Source: a virus
Taxonomy: Duplodnaviria; Caudoviricetes
Length of the DNA stretch: 56,636 nucleotides
IMG/VR virus record: IMGVR_UViG_3300046167_000031
Location: 1-56,636 of that record
Reading direction: 5' to 3' (one strand)
The notes under the pieces are model-generated. The model worked only from the letters and a program-made list of their open reading frames with translations. It was not told where the DNA came from and searched no databases. A program made the position numbers and the translations under genes. Below, piece by piece: positions 1 through 7,546 of this stretch; the first letter of the stretch is position 1; every line of letters starts with the position of its first letter.

Positions 1-247
1 CATATATCGTACCCCACCCGGCATGGCTCCTGCCCGGCCACCCTCCAAGGCGTGTATGCGGCTGCATTATGCGTAACCAAGCGCAGCGTTGGTGTTCACC
101 GTCTGTTCAACCCCTTGATATTGCATAGAATATGCAGTAGTTGACCAACAAAACCCAGTTGGAACAACTGTTATGGTATCAGTTGCCATCTGAAAGATGA
201 CTTGTGAAGGCCAGCCCTACAGATTTACAACAAGTTGTAAGGTTGAT
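1..247. repeat. Left direct terminal repeat
   Basis: 1-247 matches 56390-56636 except 2 substitutions (positions 147 and 150). Confidence 0.95.
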
Positions 248-278
248 GCACAACTCTCTTACCCTTACAGGGTATCCT

Positions 279-296
279 TAGTCCGACAGCGGACTA
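279..296. repeat. Hairpin repeat AGTCCG-ACAG-CGGACT, copy 1
   Basis: Perfect inverted repeat TAGTCCG/CGGACTA; 5 copies in the early region. Confidence 0.9.
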
Positions 297-459
297 TACC
301 CCCTATCACTGAAGGTGATAGTCATACCAGCCACCGCAAAACCGAAAGCCTCGTGACGCATTGCGATTTCAGCGCAGGTATTTCAGAAACTTAAAGTTTC
401 TTGCAATCACATGGAAACGCTTGGGTAGGAGATGGCGCGAGGCAAACCCCAAACCTTAA

Positions 460-538
460 CTATCTTCTTACGGTTTTACGGGATATATCCCCTTGAACGT
501 AAGTGAAAGGGGTATATCCCTATAAAACCTAAAGATAG
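460..538. repeat. Long imperfect inverted repeat with GAACGTAAGTGA loop, copy 1
   Basis: GGGATATATCCCCTT / AAGGGGTATATCCC core with outer arms. Confidence 0.85.
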
Positions 539-553
539 ATAAGAGAGACCGAA

Positions 554-1177
554 ATGCAAAATTCAACTCCAAAAAAATCATTCTCCGTTCAATTAGCTGA
601 AGCTAATAACACTGTTCAAGCCAAAGGCTTAGTATTATCCCAATGGGATAAGTCAATCTGCAAAGCAGATAAGAGCCGTTTCAAAGCACTTTGTGCTAAG
701 GATGGCTTCTGGTTCTCCCTTGGAGAAATCTGTCTTGAACTGCTAAAGCAGTCTGGTGGCAGCAGAACTGACTCAGCTTTGCTGAAAGATGCTAATCTTC
801 ATACCGTTGCAAAGCAACGTAGAAATGAAGCTATGAAGTTTGTTACAAACTTTAAGGTTATCGAAGATAACAAGCTGATTGCCAGCCATGCTTCAATGAC
901 TAATCTGCTGAAAGCAGTGGACAAGATTATCAACCCTAAGGTTGAGAAAGAACCAAAGGTTCCAGTTGAGCCAAAGGCTCCAGTCTTGGCTATCGAAGAT
1001 AAGTCCAACGAAGTTGTCACTCAGTCTGTAAAGACTGCTGAAGATTTGGCTCTTGAAGTTCTACTGCAAGTAGAAATGAATAATATCAGCATAGCTGATT
1101 TCAAGGTTGCTATAGCTAACGCTATCGGTATGATTGAAGAGAACAACGAAGTTGTCCCATTTGAGATGGTAGGGTAA
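554..1177 (+). CDS. Early hypothetical protein
   Basis: 207-aa ORF, first gene after the terminal region. Confidence 0.8.
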   Translation: MQNSTPKKSFSVQLAEANNTVQAKGLVLSQWDKSICKADKSRFKALCAKDGFWFSLGEICLELLKQSGGSRTDSALLKDANLHTVAKQRRNEAMKFVTNFKVIEDNKLIASHASMTNLLKAVDKIINPKVEKEPKVPVEPKAPVLAIEDKSNEVVTQSVKTAEDLALEVLLQVEMNNISIADFKVAIANAIGMIEENNEVVPFEMVG

Positions 1178-1212
1178 CCTACTATCTCATTCCTTAGTCC
1201 GACAGCGGACCA
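1162..1212. repeat. 12-bp hairpin over the stop codon followed by AGTCCGACAGCGGAC copy 2
   Basis: TGAGATGGTAGG-GTAA-CCTACTATCTCA, then the repeat at 1196-1210. Confidence 0.85.
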
Positions 1213-1233
1213 ACTAATACGGAGTATTAAACC

Positions 1234-1470
1234 ATGATTAGAGAATATTTCCATAGCATCTGCTGCCTGTTCTGGTGGTGCATAGCATTCGCTGCCTTTG
1301 CATCATCACCTATCATCCTTGTGTTCCATGATGCCATGTCTTCAGGAATAATGCTTTGCATTAGCTTTATGACTTGGGCTATGGGATTGTGTTTTTATGA
1401 CAGTGCTTTGCGGATTAGACAAATCCGTATCGAAGATGAAATTATTGCGAGGTACAAAAACAATGGCTAA
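1234..1470 (+). CDS. Small membrane protein
   Basis: GGAG RBS; two hydrophobic segments. Confidence 0.65.
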   Translation: MIREYFHSICCLFWWCIAFAAFASSPIILVFHDAMSSGIMLCISFMTWAMGLCFYDSALRIRQIRIEDEIIARYKNNG

Positions 1471-1720
1471 ACGTGGTGCAATCATAGACATAGGACGGCA
1501 TAAGCCGTTAGGTTCAAGCTGGCGTAGCATGGATAGCATGGCCTATAGCCGTAGCTATGAGCCTGAGACACGGCCTGAGTTCCGTTGCTATGTCTCAGGA
1601 CAAGCTAAAGCTTGGCAAGCTGAGTATGATGCCAAGGTTGCAGCGGATGCAAAGCGTGATGCACAAATGCAAGCTTTGCTCGACTTGAAACAAAGGATGA
1701 TTGACAAGAATTTACTTTAG
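1463..1720 (+). CDS. Hypothetical protein
   Basis: ATG overlaps upstream stop (start revised from 1397). Confidence 0.65.
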   Translation: MAKRGAIIDIGRHKPLGSSWRSMDSMAYSRSYEPETRPEFRCYVSGQAKAWQAEYDAKVAADAKRDAQMQALLDLKQRMIDKNLL

Positions 1721-1730
1721 TGTGTATAAC
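1701..1730 (+). promoter_or_regulatory. Putative sigma70-type promoter
   Basis: TTGACA-18-TATAAC with TG extension. Confidence 0.55.
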
Positions 1731-1802
1731 GTAATAACACTTAGAACGTTAGTGATAAGTGTTCTTACTTATATCCACTCTAGCTAGTCCGACAGCGGAC
1801 TA
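1722..1802. repeat. Long inverted repeat copy 2 plus AGTCCGACAGCGGACT copy 3
   Basis: Loop GAACGTTAGTGA at 1744-1755; short hairpin 1785-1802 abuts AAGGAG RBS. Confidence 0.85.
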
Positions 1803-1809
1803 AGGAGAA

Positions 1810-2067
1810 TTGAAAATGACTGAACTATTCCTTGTAAATATGATACATCGTGGTGGTAACTATGGTGGTGGTACAAAAGAAGGTGATTGGGTGTGCTTTG
1901 AGTCTACACATAGCCTTGCTGCTGCTAGTAACACAGCAGATGCCTTACGAAGTGGTGGGAACAAGGTGCGTATCCAATCAGTATTGATTGGCACTGGTGG
2001 TCAAGTAATACTTACCCTGACCCACTATATAGTGACCAAGACAGCACTAGATTTTAGGAGATTATAA
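1810..2067 (+). CDS. Hypothetical protein
   Basis: ORF after strong RBS; the start may be the ATG at 1816. Confidence 0.65.
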   Translation: MKMTELFLVNMIHRGGNYGGGTKEGDWVCFESTHSLAAASNTADALRSGGNKVRIQSVLIGTGGQVILTLTHYIVTKTALDFRRL

Positions 2068-2068
2068 A

Positions 2069-2344
2069 TTGGCTACAATTTACAAAGATGAATTGGTACA
2101 AACCTTGTGGGATTTGTTCAAGGAAGTGCATGGTGTACGTCCTCGTGGCATGGGCTATGAAAAGTATTCCGTCACTGACCTTGAGCATGAGATTGCTCAT
2201 TTAGAGCGTTCTCTTGAGGAAGAGATACGCCATGAGCGTGAGATGGAAGATAGAGCCATCAATGCTTGCATGGCTTGTGGTGCTAGTGACATAGGTACAG
2301 CTATGCGTTGGCTTGAAGATGCTTATGAAATGGAGTGGGTGTAA
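2069..2344 (+). CDS. Hypothetical phage protein
   Basis: AGGAG RBS, TTG start, coiled-coil-like acidic protein. Confidence 0.7.
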   Translation: MATIYKDELVQTLWDLFKEVHGVRPRGMGYEKYSVTDLEHEIAHLERSLEEEIRHEREMEDRAINACMACGASDIGTAMRWLEDAYEMEWV

Positions 2345-2345
2345 T

Positions 2346-2525
2346 ATGTATAATCGTTCTAATCATCAGATTAGCCCTAACAAGCTGTTTGTTATCGAAC
2401 AGATAGAGGGCGTATGGAAGCAGCTTACAAGTGATAGCTTGCCTGTTTCCGAACTTGCCACATGGCATATCATGGACTTGGAATCCTTGAAGTTTAGACT
2501 TCAGGCAAAACTTATTACGGAGTAA
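2346..2525 (+). CDS. Hypothetical protein
   Basis: Tightly packed ORF, GGAG upstream. Confidence 0.55.
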   Translation: MYNRSNHQISPNKLFVIEQIEGVWKQLTSDSLPVSELATWHIMDLESLKFRLQAKLITE

Positions 2526-2529
2526 TGTT

Positions 2530-2754
2530 ATGACTGATGACATTGGAAAAATACTAACTTGTCGTGGTATATCCCGACATGGCAAAGGCAGGATTGCTAC
2601 ACATGGTGAGCAATGGCTAGTGATGCGTGATGATATGCGGTTTCGTGGTGAACCTGCATGGCTGGTACAGTCTATGGATACGACTGACCGTGGTGAATTT
2701 CATTCACGCTGGATTCATAAACAAAATGATACAGACTTTGAGGTGATAACATGA
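2530..2754 (+). CDS. Hypothetical protein
   Basis: GGAG RBS; ATGA overlap with next gene. Confidence 0.65.
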   Translation: MTDDIGKILTCRGISRHGKGRIATHGEQWLVMRDDMRFRGEPAWLVQSMDTTDRGEFHSRWIHKQNDTDFEVIT

Positions 2755-3440
2755 CTTATCAAGTACACTTGACCCCTAAATCCAAGAACGAAAAGACTGG
2801 CCCCATCCCTGTGTCCACTACAGAGGCACAGACTTGCCCTGATGCGTGTCCATTCAACAATGCCAATGAAGGTGGCTGCTATGCAGAATCAGGGCCACTC
2901 AAGATGCACTGGATGAAGGTATCCGACAAAGCCCGTGGTGACACTTGGTCAGTATTCACTGGCAAGATTGCCAATCTGAAAGCTGACACTTTGTGGCGGC
3001 ACAATCAGGCTGGTGACTTGCCGGGTCGCAATGACCAGCTTGATGCCACAGCTTGCATGGAATTGACACAAGCCAATGAGGGCAAGCGTGGCTTTACATA
3101 CACTCACTATCCTGTGATTGAGAGTGAGCGTAACCGTATGATTGTGACGCAGATGAACCGTTCTGGCTTCACTGTTAATCTATCGGCTAACAACCTAGCC
3201 CATGCTGACCAGCTTGCTGACTTAGATGCTGGCCCTGTGGCTACAGTGTTGCCTATTAAGCAGACTACAAACACTACCACGCCACAAGGTCGCAAGGTAG
3301 TTGTGTGTCCTGCAGCAATACGAGATGATGTATCTTGTGCTACTTGCCAGCTTTGCCAAAGGCAACGTGACTTCATCGTTGGCTTCCCTGCTCATGGCAC
3401 TAGCAAGAAGAAAGCTAATGCTGTGGCAGCTATGGCTTGA
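2751..3440 (+). CDS. Cys-rich protein, Gp88-like / radical-SAM-like family
   Basis: TCPDACPF..GCYA, RHNQAGD, YTH, CPA..CATCQLC, FPAHG motifs. Confidence 0.65.
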   Translation: MTYQVHLTPKSKNEKTGPIPVSTTEAQTCPDACPFNNANEGGCYAESGPLKMHWMKVSDKARGDTWSVFTGKIANLKADTLWRHNQAGDLPGRNDQLDATACMELTQANEGKRGFTYTHYPVIESERNRMIVTQMNRSGFTVNLSANNLAHADQLADLDAGPVATVLPIKQTTNTTTPQGRKVVVCPAAIRDDVSCATCQLCQRQRDFIVGFPAHGTSKKKANAVAAMA

Positions 3441-3451
3441 CAACCCCTTAT

Positions 3452-3537
3452 GTATATCTTATGTAACATATATACTGATACTTTAGTGAAGTATATATTG
3501 TTACTTAGATATACTAGATAAGTCCGACAGCGGACTA
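3452..3537. repeat. Long inverted repeat copy 3 plus AGTCCGACAGCGGACT copy 4
   Basis: Loop GATACTTTAGTGA at 3477-3489; short hairpin 3521-3536 abuts AAGGAG. Confidence 0.85.
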
Positions 3538-3549
3538 AGGAGTTTGACA

Positions 3550-3702
3550 ATGCGAATTAAATCTATTAACCCTGTAGCGAAGGCACTACTACAGAGTAGA
3601 CGTAGGACACAACAAGTGCCAGACAAAACTAAATACAATCGAAAGAAGGATAAGCACGATGCAAATCAAGCTGGAAAACATGAAGAACCAAAAGACAACT
3701 AA
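3550..3702 (+). CDS. Small basic protein, 50 aa (not in ORF track)
   Basis: AAGGAG RBS; MRIKSINPVAKALLQSRRRTQQVPDKTKYNRKK... Confidence 0.7.
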   Translation: MRIKSINPVAKALLQSRRRTQQVPDKTKYNRKKDKHDANQAGKHEEPKDN

Positions 3703-3811
3703 GCCAGAGGGCAAGCGTGACCAATGGCGTTCACATAACAAGCGTAAGCAGAACGTGCGGCGTATTGCTAGGCGTAACACTCAGATAGCACAGGAGCAAA
3801 GCTATGGCTGA
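3659..3811 (+). CDS. Small basic protein, 50 aa (not in ORF track)
   Basis: AAGGA RBS; MQIKLENMKNQKTTKPEGKRDQWRSHNKRK... Confidence 0.55.
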   Translation: MQIKLENMKNQKTTKPEGKRDQWRSHNKRKQNVRRIARRNTQIAQEQSYG

Positions 3812-4061
3812 TTTTTATCACGATTGGAATGACGTTGAATTGATTACCTTGGATAGAAAGAATAAGGAATACATGGCTATGTACGGTTGTTCCAAACAAG
3901 ACATGGAAGATATGATGTATGAGGACAGGCCATACATGCTGGCTATGTGTATACTCTCTGACGCACAACACGTTATGGAGTATGACACTGAGCAAGCAAG
4001 GCAGTTCATAAACAAAGCTAAGTATGTGATTCGTCACATGAAGGAGAAGTCAGATGACTAG
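3804..4061 (+). CDS. Hypothetical protein
   Basis: AGGAG RBS, overlaps both neighbours. Confidence 0.7.
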   Translation: MADFYHDWNDVELITLDRKNKEYMAMYGCSKQDMEDMMYEDRPYMLAMCILSDAQHVMEYDTEQARQFINKAKYVIRHMKEKSDD

Positions 4062-4467
4062 TCAAGTAAGAATATATTGGAATCTTCATAAGAAATGCTG
4101 GTCTGTACAAGACCGCAAGACAGGCAGAGTAATCAGACATGAGACCTCTTGCGTCTTATCTGCTGGTAAGTTTGTTGTCCGCAAAGCTGGGCAAGAAAAG
4201 GTGAGGCGTGAGGGCAAGAAGAATGTCCACGCCTTTGCCGTAGGCACAGTATCAAACTTGGATGCTAGGGCTTTCATGCAAGATACATGTAGACCAGTCA
4301 CATACAACCCCTATGTCAATGACACCTTTGTGTTCAAAGATACAGGTGAATCTGTTACCGACATTGACACAATCGTTGTCGGTAAATACGAAGGTAGGCC
4401 ATGCGTATGGGCTTACCAAAACCCCAACCCTACTAAGTCCGACAGCGGACTAACAACAACCAACTAA
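4054..4467 (+). CDS. Conserved hypothetical phage protein
   Basis: YWNLHKKCWSV..KNVHAF..VTYNPY motif set seen in many phages. Confidence 0.75.
   Translation: MTSQVRIYWNLHKKCWSVQDRKTGRVIRHETSCVLSAGKFVVRKAGQEKVRREGKKNVHAFAVGTVSNLDARAFMQDTCRPVTYNPYVNDTFVFKDTGESVTDIDTIVVGKYEGRPCVWAYQNPNPTKSDSGLTTTN
4436..4451. repeat. AGTCCGACAGCGGACT copy 5
   Basis: Exact core copy upstream of the RBS of the 4481 gene. Confidence 0.9.
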
Positions 4468-4480
4468 AGGAGATATTATT

Positions 4481-4915
4481 ATGACAATCAAAACTGTAAC
4501 ATTTCACCAGCGTTCAACAGGCAAGACAGGACAAGTGCTTGCATCACCAGAGGTAGAGCGTAAGCTGGCTAAAGTAGAAGCCTTGTATGCACAGTATCAT
4601 GGCGTGAAGCTAGGTCGTGTTAAGTTTTATAACCTTGCACTTGAGGCTGCACGACACGCTAAGAAAGACTGCGGCGGGTATTTGCAGTACACTACTGAGG
4701 CCATTGCTGGCATCTTCCTTGACCATATGCACAAGCAATTAGGTGCAGCGGTCAGACGTAAGAACCGCGATGCTGTAATCTCTATTGAGATTGGTGGCTA
4801 CACTATCAGCAACCTGCGTGAACTAGCCAAGCGTAGCCGTGGCAAAGCTAAGTTGCCAGTGCATCCTCGCTCTGGTAAGCGTATCCTTACACCCCGAACT
4901 CAAGAGGTAGCATAA
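4481..4915 (+). CDS. Basic hypothetical protein
   Basis: AAGGAG RBS, 144 aa. Confidence 0.75.
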   Translation: MTIKTVTFHQRSTGKTGQVLASPEVERKLAKVEALYAQYHGVKLGRVKFYNLALEAARHAKKDCGGYLQYTTEAIAGIFLDHMHKQLGAAVRRKNRDAVISIEIGGYTISNLRELAKRSRGKAKLPVHPRSGKRILTPRTQEVA

Positions 4916-4916
4916 T

Positions 4917-5096
4917 ATGTATTGGGAAGTTGGTATTAAAATGGATGGGATTAGTGGTGTGTACGATGTACACCCACAGCCCTTGGAGCAACCTATCTGG
5001 AATCATGCTGTAGAACATGCACTCGACATGGCACAAGCATTGTATCCAGACAAGCACATTGAACTTGAGTTTGTCAAAGAGTTTGACAGTGCTTAA
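4917..5096 (+). CDS. Hypothetical protein, 59 aa (not in ORF track)
   Basis: GAGG RBS; MYWEVGIKMDG... Confidence 0.6.
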   Translation: MYWEVGIKMDGISGVYDVHPQPLEQPIWNHAVEHALDMAQALYPDKHIELEFVKEFDSA

Positions 5097-5230
5097 CTGT
5101 AACACAATCCTATGCCTACAAAACCAGATGCCTGATATGGGCATGGATGACCTGTTCATCATTGGGTTTCTGGTTGTGGGCTTGGCTATAATTATATACC
5201 TAGTAATGGATGCACTGAAGGAGCATTGAT

Positions 5231-5461
5231 ATGATAACACCTAAACCACCGGAAGCAACATGGGCAGATGCCAAGCTGTATCGGTGTGACTTTTATGACA
5301 CACGCTATCCTGTATGCGGCACACGTCTTGTATGGGCAGTGGTAGGCTGGAAGTGGGTGCGACTATGCACACCAGTACAGCATGACAAGTGGCGTATCAG
5401 GCGTGAGGAGTGGGATAAGATACCACAAGAACTATTTGTAAGGGAGATTGATGATGCCTAA
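5231..5461 (+). CDS. Hypothetical protein ending EIDDA
   Basis: AAGGAG RBS. Confidence 0.7.
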   Translation: MITPKPPEATWADAKLYRCDFYDTRYPVCGTRLVWAVVGWKWVRLCTPVQHDKWRIRREEWDKIPQELFVREIDDA

Positions 5462-5618
5462 GTACGAAGTAAAAGTAGAAGCAACAACTCAGCGTGACAT
5501 CATTGTCTATGCTGTCTCAGAGTATGAGGCATGGATAAAGGCTCAGATAGATATGGTGGGCTTAGTGGGTGGCGAAAACACCAAAGTAATATCATCAAAG
5601 GAGATTGACGATGCCTAA
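5454..5618 (+). CDS. Micro-gene MPKYEV...EIDDA, 54 aa
   Basis: GGAG RBS; translated by hand. Confidence 0.7.
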   Translation: MPKYEVKVEATTQRDIIVYAVSEYEAWIKAQIDMVGLVGGENTKVISSKEIDDA

Positions 5619-5781
5619 GTACGAAGTAATCCGCAGCTATTCAGTGTCCAGCGTTGCCACTGTTGAGGCTAGTGATGCTGACCAAGCAGCCTGTCTTGCA
5701 ATGGAATTGGACTGTGACCATTGGAAAGAGTATGATGGTGACTATGATGCAGAGATTACAGTAGAGGAGATTGACACATGA
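5611..5781 (+). CDS. Micro-gene MPKYEV...EIDT, 56 aa
   Basis: AAGGAG RBS; translated by hand. Confidence 0.7.
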   Translation: MPKYEVIRSYSVSSVATVEASDADQAACLAMELDCDHWKEYDGDYDAEITVEEIDT

Positions 5782-5936
5782 ACTGTTGGCACTGTAAAGA
5801 TACAGAATTAATCTGGAACGTAGACTATGACATCAACCCTGATGACCATCGTGGTGATGAGTTTAGCATGGTCACGATACTGACTTGCCCTAAGTGTGAC
5901 AGCATGGTAGAAGTGTTCTACCCTGTAGAATGGTAA
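5778..5936 (+). CDS. Zinc-ribbon small protein, 52 aa
   Basis: CWHC...CPKC; GAGGAG RBS. Confidence 0.7.
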   Translation: MNCWHCKDTELIWNVDYDINPDDHRGDEFSMVTILTCPKCDSMVEVFYPVEW

Positions 5937-5942
5937 AGGAGA

Positions 5943-6230
5943 ATGACAATGATTAAACTGTACAACCTAATCATGGACAGTAAACACAACCCACTGTCCT
6001 ACATACCTGATACAAATACACGGCATCTGGTCATGCAGATACTCGCATGGATGTGGTGTATTATCTTTGGAATGTCTGTCGGCTCTGTCACTGTGTTCGG
6101 TATCAGTGCCATAGCACATGCCTTGCTGATAGCAGGTGTGTTCATTACGGCAGGTGTATTTGAAACAGCAAGACGCAAGCCACAGTATTTCGGTGGTTTA
6201 GGTCGAGGCAATGGAGGTGAGCATGAATAG
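5943..6230 (+). CDS. Small membrane protein
   Basis: Two hydrophobic helices, RBS. Confidence 0.7.
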   Translation: MTMIKLYNLIMDSKHNPLSYIPDTNTRHLVMQILAWMWCIIFGMSVGSVTVFGISAIAHALLIAGVFITAGVFETARRKPQYFGGLGRGNGGEHE

Positions 6231-6393
6231 TAATGAAATCAAAGGGATACAGTTATCCCAAGCAGTTAAGTGGAGTGGGCAGGACATCTTTGAGGTAGCG
6301 TCTGCTGCCTTTGAGGATGCCAACTACCACAGTTTCAACGAGGTATTCCATGCCGCATGGACTGAGTTCCAGAAGGAGTTAGAAGACTGTTGA
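6223..6393 (+). CDS. Hypothetical protein
   Basis: GGAGG RBS before MNSNEIK. Confidence 0.6.
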   Translation: MNSNEIKGIQLSQAVKWSGQDIFEVASAAFEDANYHSFNEVFHAAWTEFQKELEDC

Positions 6394-6418
6394 CATCTTA
6401 TGTAATAAGGAGTATAAC
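6390..6418 (+). promoter_or_regulatory. Sigma70-type promoter
   Basis: TTGACA-17-TATAAC in the intergenic gap. Confidence 0.75.
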
Positions 6419-6485
6419 TATGGACTTGTTGTTATGGATTACCCTACTACCATTAATACTAATCATACTATAAAGGAGAATTGAT

Positions 6486-7316
6486 ATGCTAGAATATATC
6501 CCTGAGAACTTAGACTTTGACGTAACCTTTGAGCCTACTCGTGTCGCTGACAAGAAGTATGTCATTGACGGTAACACTGGCGAACCTATCGCTATCGTTG
6601 GCAAAGACTTCACCTGTGCATCACATGGTGACTTCTTTCGCAGTGTCATGGACACAGTGACAGAAAATCTTTCCTCACATGAGGTAGATGGTGCTAACAT
6701 TGCATGGCGTGATGCTCATCACAATGGCTGGGCTATGATGGACATGACCCTGCCTAACGTCAAGGCTAAGATTACTACCCCGAAGCATGAGACTGAGGTA
6801 GCCCAGCGCATCATTGCATTGCATGGTGTGGACGGTACATGCTCAAACACTGTACTGTTTGGTGCTATCGACTTCTTCTGTACCAATGGCATGGTGCGTG
6901 GTGAGCATGACAAGGTACGCCGCAAGAATACCAGTGGCTTCAGCCTTGACAGGTTCATTGGTCAGCTTAACCGCAGCAAGCAGGACTTCTATGCACAGTC
7001 AGAGCGTCTGCAAGGCTGGGCTAACAAGCCTATCTTCTTTGGTGATGTCAAGCCTATGCTTGAATCCTTACTGAAGTCAGACAAGACAGCAGACAAGATG
7101 CTGCGCTTGTATGAGCAGGAAGCTAACACCAGAGGACACAATGCTTGGGCGTTGTACTCTGCCTTCACTAACTATGCAAGCTATGCTGATGAGCGTAATG
7201 GTTTCAAGCTGCGTAATACCGCTGGCGATACACAGGCTGTCAACATGTTTCAGCGTGAGGCCAAAGTAGCACAGTGGATTGAAAGCAAGCAGTTCAATGA
7301 GTTAATTGCAGCATGA
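6486..7316 (+). CDS. DUF932-family phage protein
   Basis: HGVDGT..FFCTNG..AWALYSAFTNY motifs. Confidence 0.75.
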   Translation: MLEYIPENLDFDVTFEPTRVADKKYVIDGNTGEPIAIVGKDFTCASHGDFFRSVMDTVTENLSSHEVDGANIAWRDAHHNGWAMMDMTLPNVKAKITTPKHETEVAQRIIALHGVDGTCSNTVLFGAIDFFCTNGMVRGEHDKVRRKNTSGFSLDRFIGQLNRSKQDFYAQSERLQGWANKPIFFGDVKPMLESLLKSDKTADKMLRLYEQEANTRGHNAWALYSAFTNYASYADERNGFKLRNTAGDTQAVNMFQREAKVAQWIESKQFNELIAA

Positions 7317-7546
7317 ATTTCAATCACGTTGGATTACTTGGGTGTAGCCAATGTTATTGGATGGGTAGGAAGTCTGAAGACGAAGACAATACCTGCCCAT
7401 CTTGTGGCTACAAGGATGTCTTTGACGCTACACTAAGTTATGACAGAACTCATCACGAGTTACATGAGTTAGATAAGTACGAAGTGTACTTATTATATAA
7501 GGAGTATAAGGAGAAGCGTAATGCGAACAGTGCAGCAATTAGTTGA
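7313..7546 (+). CDS. Zinc-ribbon small protein
   Basis: CSQC...CPSC. Confidence 0.6.
   Translation: MNFNHVGLLGCSQCYWMGRKSEDEDNTCPSCGYKDVFDATLSYDRTHHELHELDKYEVYLLYKEYKEKRNANSAAIS

Noticed and set aside
197-394. 65-aa ORF in the terminal region
   Set aside because: No RBS; it overlaps the DTR and hairpin ladder and is probably non-coding.
279-4451. Repeated palindromic 15-mer as a CRISPR or mini-array
   Set aside because: Copies are 0.6-1.7 kb apart with whole genes between them; no regular spacers and no cas operon.
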